From the sequence record NZ_CP018188.1: a stretch of 64,000 nucleotides of DNA; one strand, written 5' to 3'. The position numbers and the translations under genes are program-made. Under the pieces are notes generated by a model. The model was not told where the DNA came from and did no database searches. It saw nothing but the letters and a program-made list of their open reading frames with translations. Of the stretch, positions 31,717 through 40,459 are shown one piece after another. The stretch is from a plasmid. Each line of letters starts with the position of its first letter. The stretch's first letter is position 1.

Positions 31717-32966
31717 TTGATTTGTTTAAAACAATTGGAATCCTCTCTCTTTTTTTATTTCAAAGCTTTGTTATTTGGATTTATTTACTACATTTTTTTG
31801 TTGTCAGAATACCTAAAATGAGATTTTATTGTTTTATTTTTTGTATTTATTTTGTTGGTAGAACATCAATAACAGTGGATCAGACCACGTTTATTGATTT
31901 AAAAATTTTTTCTTTATTTTGTACTTTCTTGATTCTTTTCTTCTTTTTATCTGGGGAGGTAATGAAAAAAGTATTTCATTTCTTATTTCTGACTTTTTGG
32001 TTCTTGATTCAAGAGGATATTGCAGGTTTATTATTTAATCATACGCCAGAAACTAAAGTATTTGTTATTCTTTTCGTTCAATTTTTATTGATGTTGTTGA
32101 CTCTTTTCTTCATATTGGGATTGAAGCGTTTCAAAGTAGATAATTTAATAGGTCTGAATAAAATGGAATATGGCATTCTTTCAGTTACTCCATTTTTTTC
32201 TATTATTCTGCTGTTACATAAGGTAGCGCTGCCTCTAGTAAAGGTTCTTGCATTTGATAGTTATTTGTGGTTAATAAATATTGTTATAATCGTGCTTTAC
32301 AATTACTTAAGTGAAAAAAACTACAATATTATCAAAAACAAAGTAGCTTTTGATGAAAATAGTATGACTAGTGAAATTATAAAGCAAGAAAAGGAGCTAG
32401 CCGTTCTTAGACATGATTTGAAAAATATTGTTTCTTCAATAGATTTTTATGCTGATAATAGTGATTATGAAAATATTAAAGTAATAACTCGAAAGATACT
32501 GGGACAGGAAGTATTTAATCGTAAGATTACAGGTTGTATACCTATTGATGCTGTGTTAAATCAAAAAATATCTAAGATGAAAAAAGATGGTATTCTACAT
32601 AATTTAGATTTACAGGTTCCATATAATTTAGACTTAAGTACTATTGCGATTGATTCATGTGCCATTCTTGGGAATCTTCTTGATAATGCTATAGAAGAAA
32701 TTGAACGTAATAGCTTAGAAGAACCGATTGAAATAGCTCTGCGTTTTAAAAATAATAAATTAGTTTTCAAAGTTGCTAATCCCATCAGAACTTCTAATGT
32801 AGATGTTAATTATGATGGAATGAAGTCTATTAAATCTCCTAACAGACAAGGTATAGGAATAAAAAGTAGTTATGATAGAGTCATGAAATTAAAGGGGCAC
32901 CTAAACATTACTGTTCAGTCAAATCAATTTATTGTACTAGTTGTGATTCCGTTAAGGATGAAATGA
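31713..32966 (+). CDS. Multi-TM sensor histidine kinase (AgrC/BlpH-like, GHKL ATPase)
   Basis: About six N-terminal TM helices, HDLKN H-box and [12 protein letters not shown]-box. Overlaps the RR stop (ATGA). Confidence 0.7.
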
Positions 32967-33782
32967 GTTTTTATCAAATCTATATTTAAACTCTGCTAAT
33001 AGGCAGAGTTCTTTATTTAAGATCTATCGTACTATCAATTCTCAACAGAAAGTAAATATCTTGCTTTTGGGCTAGGAAGTTAGTAGTTATGTGGTAAACT
33101 GAGTCATAGGAATAAATCTCTTTCTAGTAATATTTCGCAACTCTACTATAACGGATTTATTCCTTTTTGTGTTTACCCAACTTATTTTACACTACCAAGA
33201 AATAGACCTTTGCAGTGAATATTAGGAGAAATATTAATCAAAAATGCCTCACTGATTAAGTGAAGCATTTTTGATTACATAGAAGATACTGTATTGTCTA
33301 TTTTGGGACTTATTGAAATGATTTCAGGTTATTTTAGTTTAGTTTTTGGAATCAAGAACGGCTTTAAATCAATATTTCTGACGTTAACAAGACTTAAAAA
33401 ATCATGAAACAAGTCGTAAAGAGATATAATATGGATTGAGCTCCCTTTATCTATAACAGAAATTGGTAGTGAAAATTAAGTTGTGTAAACACAAAATAAT
33501 TGACAGTATCTTGTTGGTTGAAAAGTCTTTACAAATTTGGTAAAATTGCTATAGAAACGATAATATTGTTATTCATGGGGATATCTCACCATGATAATGG
33601 AACGTCGTGGAATATCAACATGACGTTTTAACGCAAGGGGGGAAAACTCTTGCGTTTTTTGTTTTGAAAGTCTGTTATAGTTAAATAGACAAAATGTCTT
33701 TAATAAAGAGTCCCCCCAACCCAAGATAAATGTATGATGATAGGTATGGTAAAAAAATAAATGAAGCTAGGAAGTTAAGAAT

Positions 33783-34280
33783 ATGGAAATCAAAGATCAC
33801 TTTGGTGTATACGGAGTCTGTCTTCAAGACGGGGAACTGCTCTGCATTGAGAAAACGAGAGGACCTTATCGGCATCGTTTTGATTTACCGGGTGGTAGTC
33901 AAGAACTAGGTGAGGGACTGACAGAAACTCTCAAGAGAGAAGTTCTGGAAGAGACGGGCTATATGCTTAGCGATTATTCAAACCCTAGAATCTATGATGT
34001 GCTGGTTCAAGAAGATGGGCAAGACTTTGTCGTACACCATATCATGGCCTTTTATGATATAGTACTTGACTTGGAATACTCTCAAAAATCCCTTCCTCAT
34101 GAAGTTCTTGATGGAAGCAATGATTCAGCAAATGCCATTTGGCTTCCGATCGAGCAGATTACCGAAGAAACTGCCTCACCCATAGTATTGAAGGTGAAGG
34201 CAGAGTTACTAGGATTTCCAGAATTAGAACTGACAAGCTATAGAAATTGGAAGGTAAAAGAAAAGAAGGAGCAATCATGA
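33783..34280 (+). CDS. NUDIX hydrolase
   Basis: Nudix box GGSQELGEGLTETLKREVLEETG. Confidence 0.8.
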   Translation: MEIKDHFGVYGVCLQDGELLCIEKTRGPYRHRFDLPGGSQELGEGLTETLKREVLEETGYMLSDYSNPRIYDVLVQEDGQDFVVHHIMAFYDIVLDLEYSQKSLPHEVLDGSNDSANAIWLPIEQITEETASPIVLKVKAELLGFPELELTSYRNWKVKEKKEQS

Positions 34281-34717
34281 CACCGCAAGAAATGTGGAAT
34301 GCCTACAAGCAAATCAACCCCTCTATTGGAGATGAGATAGACGCCTGGGCTTTTGGTGTGGAACCAGACCTTTTAGCGGATTTGGTGTTTACAGGTGAAA
34401 AAACAGCAACTGCCTCAGCCTGCGACCTCTATGCAGTAGGGGACGAACCCCTTCCACAAGAAGGAACCTTTGATGTGATTTTAGACAGCCAACATCAAGC
34501 TATCTGCATTGTCGAAATCACCAAGGTTTCTGTTCAGCCTTTCAATCAAGTGTCAGACGACCATGCCTTTAAGGAAGGGGAAGGAGATAAGTCCCTTGCC
34601 TATTGGCGGCAGGTTCACGAGGAATTCTTCACGAAGTGGCTGGAGAAAGCGGGCCTGACTTTTACACCTGACAGCAAGGTTGTATTAGAAGAATTTCGTA
34701 AGGTTTATCCATTATAG
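34277..34717 (+). CDS. ASCH-domain protein
   Basis: RBS aaggagcaatcATG. A partial paralogue lies at 56296-56559. Confidence 0.5.
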   Translation: MTPQEMWNAYKQINPSIGDEIDAWAFGVEPDLLADLVFTGEKTATASACDLYAVGDEPLPQEGTFDVILDSQHQAICIVEITKVSVQPFNQVSDDHAFKEGEGDKSLAYWRQVHEEFFTKWLEKAGLTFTPDSKVVLEEFRKVYPL

Positions 34718-34850
34718 AACACACTCTCCTTCTTGGAGAGTTTTTTGATCTGGATCTTATTTTCCAAAAGGGTTAAAAAATGATGTAAGCGATATTATAC
34801 AGAAGCACAGGAGCAGTACGACCGCAGGGCTAAACAAAAAGGTCGGAATT

Positions 34851-34972
34851 CTTGTTTGAAGTTGATGAATACGCCTTGGAGTATGATACTAAGCGAGATA
34901 TTTTCTATCTCGTCTTAGGGCCTGAGGTTCAGTAGAAAGTTAAGCTACGTATTTAATACGTGGCTTTTTTAT
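34851..34972 (+). repeat. Fragment of the element terminus (3' end of the 53-aa gene plus terminator), copy 2 of 3
   Basis: About 88% identical to 19262-19386. Confidence 0.7.
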
Positions 34973-34989
34973 AAAGGAGATAAATTAAT

Positions 34990-35165
34990 GCGGCTTGATT
35001 TAAAAATTGACAGAGATTTGGCTTTTGGACAGGCTCTTTCGATATACCATATCATAAAAAAGAGCTACTTAAGTTTTCGGAAGAACAGTTGTCATCGGCA
35101 CAAGAGACAACTCCAGAAGAGTTGGATGATATAGCATTACATTGGGAATTTATCCAAACCTAAGC
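34990..35165 (+). pseudogene. Degraded paralogue of the 110-aa gene at 56626..56958
   Basis: Nucleotide similarity to 56700-56960 with frame disruptions (..DRDLAFGQAL..SSAQETTPEELDD..). Confidence 0.4.
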
Positions 35166-35277
35166 TAATGCTTACTGATAGTAGAAAACAAATAAGCACT
35201 TAAAATTTTTAAAATTTGATATGATACCTCTTAAGTAGACAAGGTAAATACCTAAAATCTACTTAAGAGGTATTTTT

Positions 35278-35955
35278 ATGTCTAGAAGAGAAAGATTCAC
35301 CCCATACGAGAAAGAACAAGCTTGTCTCGATTATATTAATGGTAATCGTTCCAGATCTGAGATATGTAATTGTCTCCATATTTCCACAAGGACGATTCAA
35401 GATTGGGCTGCCATCTATAAAAAATATGGGATTTTAGGATTCACAAAGAAAACAAAAAACCGTTCCTATTCAAAAGAATTTAAAATGGAACTTGTAGAAA
35501 AATGTATTAGTGGTGAGGCTTCATCTATTGATTTAGGTCATCAGTATGATATTTCTTCAGGTCTTTTAAGAAAGTGGATTAGGATGTATAATGCCAATAT
35601 AGAACTTAAGGATTACAATCCAAAACGGGAGGTCTATATGGCAAAAGCAAGACGTAAAACCACTATTGATGAACGCAAAGAGATTGTCAACTATTGTATT
35701 GAACACAATCGCAATTATAAGGAAACGGCGTCACTTTATGATGTTTCTTATAGCCAAGTATACTCGTGGGTAAAGAAGTATGATAGTGGTGGCGAAAAAG
35801 GTTTAATTGACAAAAGGGGGCATCACAAAATAGATGATGAGCTTGATGAATTAGAGCGTTTACGAAGAGAAAATGTGCGCTTAAAACGTCAGTTAGAAGA
35901 AAAGGATATGGCTGTTGAACTCTTAAAAAAAGTGAAAGAATTCGGAAGGATGTGA
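35278..35955 (+). CDS. IS3-family transposase OrfA (HTH)
   Basis: Helix-turn-helix N-terminus and a leucine-zipper-like C-terminus. Confidence 0.75.
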   Translation: MSRRERFTPYEKEQACLDYINGNRSRSEICNCLHISTRTIQDWAAIYKKYGILGFTKKTKNRSYSKEFKMELVEKCISGEASSIDLGHQYDISSGLLRKWIRMYNANIELKDYNPKREVYMAKARRKTTIDERKEIVNYCIEHNRNYKETASLYDVSYSQVYSWVKKYDSGGEKGLIDKRGHHKIDDELDELERLRRENVRLKRQLEEKDMAVELLKKVKEFGRM

Positions 35956-36917
35956 GGCTAGGCAAACAGCGCCACGAATCAAAATACTTAGCGATCGAAG
36001 ACTTCAACACCAACAAAGGGTGGAGCATTAGCTGGATGTGTCATCAGCTCGGCATTACGAGGTCTGCATTTTATAAATGGAAACATAGAATAGTTCCAGA
36101 ACAAGAACAATTAAACAGCGAAATTGCGGAATTAATTAAAGAATATGACGAACGTTTTTCACACATCTTGGGATACCGAAGAATGACCGATTGGATCAAT
36201 CATTTCAATCATACGAATTACTCAAGAAAGAGAATTCACCGAATTATGAAAGTACTCGATATCCACGCTTTTATCCGTAAGAAAAAGAAAAAATACAAGA
36301 CTGTTAAACCTGAAGAAACTGCAGAAAATAAGTTGGCAAGAAACTTCTATACAACTGCTCCGAACAAAAAATGGGTAACAGATGTTACAGAGTTTAAGAT
36401 TCCTAACTCTCATAAGAAACTCTATCTTAGTGCCATACTTGATTTATATGACCGCTATCCTATTGCTTTTGTCATAAGTGGTCGAAATGACAATCGGCTG
36501 GTCTTCAAAACATTTGACAAAGCCATTGAAAAAAATCCCGCAGCGAAGCCTATATTTCACAGCGATAGAGGGTTTCAATATACCAATAAGAACTTTCAAA
36601 AAAAGCTGAAAGATACTGATATGATTCAATCCATGTCAAGAGTGGGCCATTGTATTGATAACGGACCAATAGAAGGTTTTTGGGGAATTATAAAATCGGA
36701 AATGTATCAGATGTATGAGATTTCAGATGAGGCCTCCCTCCGATATGCCATCAAAGACTATATCCGATTTTACTGTCAAGAGCGTCCACAAAGTAGGTAT
36801 GACTGTAAAACGCCTTTGGCAGTAAGAAACGCTGCCTTATCATCAGAACATCCTTTGTCATACCCAATCGCTAAGAATAACAAAATTGAAAAGTACAAGT
36901 CTAAGTGGTCTGCATAA
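35952..36917 (+). CDS. IS3-family transposase OrfB (DDE/rve integrase core)
   Basis: WVTDVTEF, HSDRGFQYT and E in GPIEGFWGIIKSE. Lies in the -1 frame relative to orfA. Confidence 0.8.
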   Translation: MRLGKQRHESKYLAIEDFNTNKGWSISWMCHQLGITRSAFYKWKHRIVPEQEQLNSEIAELIKEYDERFSHILGYRRMTDWINHFNHTNYSRKRIHRIMKVLDIHAFIRKKKKKYKTVKPEETAENKLARNFYTTAPNKKWVTDVTEFKIPNSHKKLYLSAILDLYDRYPIAFVISGRNDNRLVFKTFDKAIEKNPAAKPIFHSDRGFQYTNKNFQKKLKDTDMIQSMSRVGHCIDNGPIEGFWGIIKSEMYQMYEISDEASLRYAIKDYIRFYCQERPQSRYDCKTPLAVRNAALSSEHPLSYPIAKNNKIEKYKSKWSA

Positions 36918-37046
36918 AAAAACAGCCGTACATTTATTATGTACGACTGACCTTCAAAAACAGACACTTTTTTAGATATTTAACCTGTCTACTTGACAGG
37001 GGGCATATCAATTTGAGTGCTTTTTTTGTTACTTTTTGGTATCTTT

Positions 37047-37054
37047 TACGAATA
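37047..37054 (+). promoter_or_regulatory. cin-box (ComX/SigX -10 element TACGAATA) with an upstream T tract
   Basis: ttttTACGAATAga lies 32 nt upstream of the ATG at 37086. An identical arrangement occurs at 57030. Confidence 0.5.
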
Positions 37055-37085
37055 GATATATTGTAGAAAATAGGAGGTATATAAA

Positions 37086-37271
37086 ATGATGACTTATGAT
37101 GAAGTAATGGAAGCGATAGAAAGAGGGTTTATCAAGGGAGATAAAATCAGCATTATTCGACGAAATGGCAAGATCCATGATTATGTTTTACCAGGAGAGA
37201 AAGTAGAACCTGGAGAAATAGTGGAAAAAGAGGACTTAGATGTTGTTCTTGAAGAGTTGAAGGAGTTCTAA
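37086..37271 (+). CDS. 61-aa hypothetical protein, putative late-competence (ComX-dependent) gene
   Basis: RBS aggaggtatataaaATG. Paralogue at 57070..57252. Confidence 0.55.
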   Translation: MMTYDEVMEAIERGFIKGDKISIIRRNGKIHDYVLPGEKVEPGEIVEKEDLDVVLEELKEF

Positions 37272-37370
37272 AATGATGCAGCTTTTAAGTAAGATGATTC
37301 TTATGGTCTCGCAAAAGGGATACAAGAGTGATAAAATAGCCTCAATTATTTAAAATGGAATGACTGCGTA

Positions 37371-38735
37371 CTATAAGGTAGGTGACTCAATAGGAAGGAT
37401 AATTTCTGTTTGAAAATATTCTCCTTGTTCACTTGTGATTATCATACTACCTCCATGTAAATCAACAATTTGGTTAGAAATTTTTAGTCCCATACCACTT
37501 CTGCGAACTCCAGAAATATCAAAATTAAATTCCTCAATTTTATTAATATTTTTAAGTCTATCTGTAGAAGTTCCAATTCCATTATCACGTATAATAACTG
37601 AAAATTTATTACGGGAAATATAGTTAAGGACAATCTGAATATTACAACCAGAAGGGTTATGCAATACAGAATTATAAATGAGATTGTGAATAACTCTAGA
37701 CATCAAAGATTTTTCAATGTACATTTTTTTACCCAACAATTTATTATCAGGAATAAACTCAAAATTAAAATCATTCCAAATCTCTTGATTAATAATTTGT
37801 ATGATTATTTCCTTAAAGAAGGGTATAATGTCTGTTATTTCTTGATTTAATTTTAAATTACCGTTTGTTAGTCTAGCGAATATGTTGAGATCGTTTAGCA
37901 AATTTTGAATATAGTGACTCTCAATCAGCGTAGGTTTCAAATTTTTTAATAGGTCATCATTGTCTGTTTTTTCAATAGCTAATGATGCATTAGCCACGAT
38001 AACTGAGAGTGGGGTTTTGATGTCATGAGCTATTCCAGAAATCCAATTCTCTTTGAATTCTTCATTTTTACGTAGTTTTTTGTTAGCAGAGTTAACCGCT
38101 AAAGTTAATCTATCTAATTCTTGAACAGAATTTACCTGTTTGTTTAAACCGACAGGTAATTTACCTATTGCGTTAATAATTGGCTGGATGTTGCGATTTA
38201 AGAAAGTAACACTATAAAGGTATAGGAATAGGCAAAATAGGCAGTTAACAAATATGATAACTAAAATTAAAATCGGAAAAATTTGAATTCTCTTTAGATC
38301 AAAGAAATTATTTCCGTATCTAATGATACTTTCTTTTGGAAATGCAATTATATAAATATCTTTTTGTTCTTTTTTTATTTGAGTGAATATTGGATAGTCA
38401 TCTAAATAATAACGTGAAAACTTAATGACATCGGCATAATCAAATTGTGTTTTTATATTTTTAGGTTTTTTGATATTAAACTTTTCATTTCCACTTTTTT
38501 GATCAAGAATCATGACCCATAAGTTGTGCTTTTTAATCAGTTTTTTTGCAGTTTGATTAACTTTATATGTTCCATTTGATGGGGTGATGTTCGAAGATAC
38601 ACCTTGTATGATATCTATAGGAGATTGTTGGCTACGGATAAAGTTGGTTGTAGCTACTAATAGAACAAAATCGATAAATATTATGGTAAGAAAGGCGAGA
38701 ATAAATTTTAATATACCTTTTTTGAAAATATTCAT
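37371..38735 (-). CDS. lanK: Sensor histidine kinase (LanK-like)
   Basis: Two TM helices, H-box IAHDIKTP and a HATPase domain (GMGLKI). Divergent from the lanthipeptide genes. Confidence 0.75.
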   Translation of the reverse strand: MNIFKKGILKFILAFLTIIFIDFVLLVATTNFIRSQQSPIDIIQGVSSNITPSNGTYKVNQTAKKLIKKHNLWVMILDQKSGNEKFNIKKPKNIKTQFDYADVIKFSRYYLDDYPIFTQIKKEQKDIYIIAFPKESIIRYGNNFFDLKRIQIFPILILVIIFVNCLFCLFLYLYSVTFLNRNIQPIINAIGKLPVGLNKQVNSVQELDRLTLAVNSANKKLRKNEEFKENWISGIAHDIKTPLSVIVANASLAIEKTDNDDLLKNLKPTLIESHYIQNLLNDLNIFARLTNGNLKLNQEITDIIPFFKEIIIQIINQEIWNDFNFEFIPDNKLLGKKMYIEKSLMSRVIHNLIYNSVLHNPSGCNIQIVLNYISRNKFSVIIRDNGIGTSTDRLKNINKIEEFNFDISGVRRSGMGLKISNQIVDLHGGSMIITSEQGEYFQTEIILPIESPTL

Positions 38736-38751
38736 AGAGGACTCCGTAAAT

Positions 38752-39450
38752 TCAGATAACTAACTTATAACCCAGCCCTTTGACTGTAATGAGGTGACGT
38801 GGTTTTGATGGGGATAATTCTATCTTCTCTCTTATATTACGAATATGTACCATTAAGGATTTTTCATATCCGAAACTATCTATTCCCCAAATAGTATCGC
38901 AGATTGCTTCTGTTGACACAATATAGTTTTTATTGGTATATAGTTTTCTTAGAATCTGTATTTCAGTTGGAGTTAGCGATAAATGCTGTTCCTCTTTTTT
39001 TACACTAGCATTATTTAAATCAATGATACAAGAAGTTAAAGTTATTAATTCTGATTCTCCTTTATATGCTCTCCTCAGTAAAGCAATTATACGATAGATT
39101 AAAGTTTTTGGAAGAAATGGTTTTGTGACAAAGTCATCACCACCTGAATCTAATCCTTTAACTTCATCATCTGGATTATTTTTGGCTGTTAAAAATAAAA
39201 TTGGTATATCAGAAGTTTTTCTGATGTACTGAGCAAGTAGATAACCTTCTCCATCCGGCAACATTACATCTAGGATAATGAGATCTATTTTAGAAATAGA
39301 AAAAATATCTATTCCTTCGCTAATACTGTAAGCATTACTAATATTTTTAAATCCCCTGCTCACCAAAACTTCTTTAATAGATTTACTAAGTGAAACATCA
39401 TCGTCTACTATTAATATCCGTTTGTTTAATAGCTGCGCTTCGAAATTCAT
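38752..39450 (-). CDS. lanR: OmpR-family response regulator (LanR-like)
   Basis: Receiver domain (ILIVDDD) plus a winged-helix C-terminus. Start set at MNFEAQ, which has a GGGAGG RBS. The ORF extends back to 39495. Confidence 0.75.
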   Translation of the reverse strand: MNFEAQLLNKRILIVDDDVSLSKSIKEVLVSRGFKNISNAYSISEGIDIFSISKIDLIILDVMLPDGEGYLLAQYIRKTSDIPILFLTAKNNPDDEVKGLDSGGDDFVTKPFLPKTLIYRIIALLRRAYKGESELITLTSCIIDLNNASVKKEEQHLSLTPTEIQILRKLYTNKNYIVSTEAICDTIWGIDSFGYEKSLMVHIRNIREKIELSPSKPRHLITVKGLGYKLVI

Positions 39451-39707
39451 ATACGCGCCTCCCATAAAATTTATTTTAATTATACCATAAACCATCTTAC
39501 TTTAATAAACTGTAGGCAGATAGGAAATTTAAATTCTTAAAAATAATTTTAAGATTTCTTTACTCTGTCTTAACCTAGTCTTCGTAAAATTTACTTGTAA
39601 CAAAGATACTTAGTCTCAAAATAATAACGGATTATCAATAGCTTTGAATAGTCATGTGCTAGAGGTAACTTAGCAGATTATTCTTAAATCTTAGAAAGAG
39701 GAAAAAT

Positions 39708-39857
39708 ATGAAAAAAGATGTAGTTATCGAATCAATTAAAGAAGTAAGTCTTGAAGAGCTTGATCAAATTATTGGAGCTGGGAACGGTGTGTTTAAAACT
39801 ATCTCACATGAGTGTCATCTTAATACCTGGGCATTTCTTGCTACATGTTGCTCATAA
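39708..39857 (+). CDS. lanA: Class II lanthipeptide precursor (lacticin-481 group, SA-FF22/macedocin-like)
   Basis: 49 aa: leader ...EVSLEELDQIIGA(G) and core NGVFKTISHECHLNTWAFLATCCS. Confidence 0.85.
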   Translation: MKKDVVIESIKEVSLEELDQIIGAGNGVFKTISHECHLNTWAFLATCCS

Positions 39858-39885
39858 TAATTATTAATTTAGAGAGAGGAAAATT

Positions 39886-40035
39886 ATGAAAAAAGATGCA
39901 ATTATCGAATCAATTAAAGAAGTAAGTCTTGAAGAACTTGACCAAATTATTGGAGCTGGGAACGGTGTGTTTAAAACCATTTCACATGAGTGTCACTTGA
40001 ATACTTGGGCATTTCTTGCTACATGTTGCTCATAA
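39886..40035 (+). CDS. lanA: Second, near-identical lanthipeptide precursor
   Basis: Differs from copy 1 only in leader residues 5-6 (DA for VV). Core is identical. Confidence 0.85.
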   Translation: MKKDAIIESIKEVSLEELDQIIGAGNGVFKTISHECHLNTWAFLATCCS

Positions 40036-40281
40036 TTTTTGATGACTAAGTATCTACATTGTTATATAAAGAAGAGGGAAACCTCTTTTTTTTATATGAT
40101 GAATTTTGTTTATTTATTCATTCATGTAGTTCATATAATTTATGACTATATATTAAATTAGAAATTTATCTTGACTTTACTTTGCCTTAAACTTGTCTTT
40201 ATGTTGCAATTTTAGAATCAATTTATAAAGAAAAATAATTTCGAGCCAGACTCGACATGAAATTTAATGAGGTTATAGACT

Positions 40282-40440
40282 ATGAAAAATAATAAAATTC
40301 ATCTAGAAGCTTTGGAAGCGTTACAAGAACTAAAAATGGAAGAAATAGATAATCTTTTGGGCGGAGCTGGTCATGGAGTAAATACTATTTCTGCTGAATG
40401 TCGTTGGAATAGCTTACAAGCTATCTTTACCTGTTGTTAA
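40282..40440 (+). CDS. lanA: Third, divergent lacticin-481-group lanthipeptide precursor
   Basis: 52 aa: leader ...EIDNLLGGAG and core HGVNTISAECRWNSLQAIFTCC. Confidence 0.75.
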   Translation: MKNNKIHLEALEALQELKMEEIDNLLGGAGHGVNTISAECRWNSLQAIFTCC

Positions 40441-40459
40441 TTTTTAGAAAGGTAAGACA

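Larger units (their letters stand above)
35217..37010 (+). mobile_element. IS3-family insertion sequence (IS150-group-like) inserted in a terminator hairpin
   Basis: Ends TGATATG.../...CATATCA with partial IRs and a 3-4-bp (a)ttt duplication. orfA and orfB overlap with an A6G slippery site at ~35923-35931. The intact target exists at 56970-57000. Confidence 0.75.

Noticed and set aside
39700-40440. Possible CRISPR-like array suggested by the tandem near-identical ~180-bp units
   Set aside because: The units are coding (lanA duplicates with RBSs), not repeat-spacer structures.
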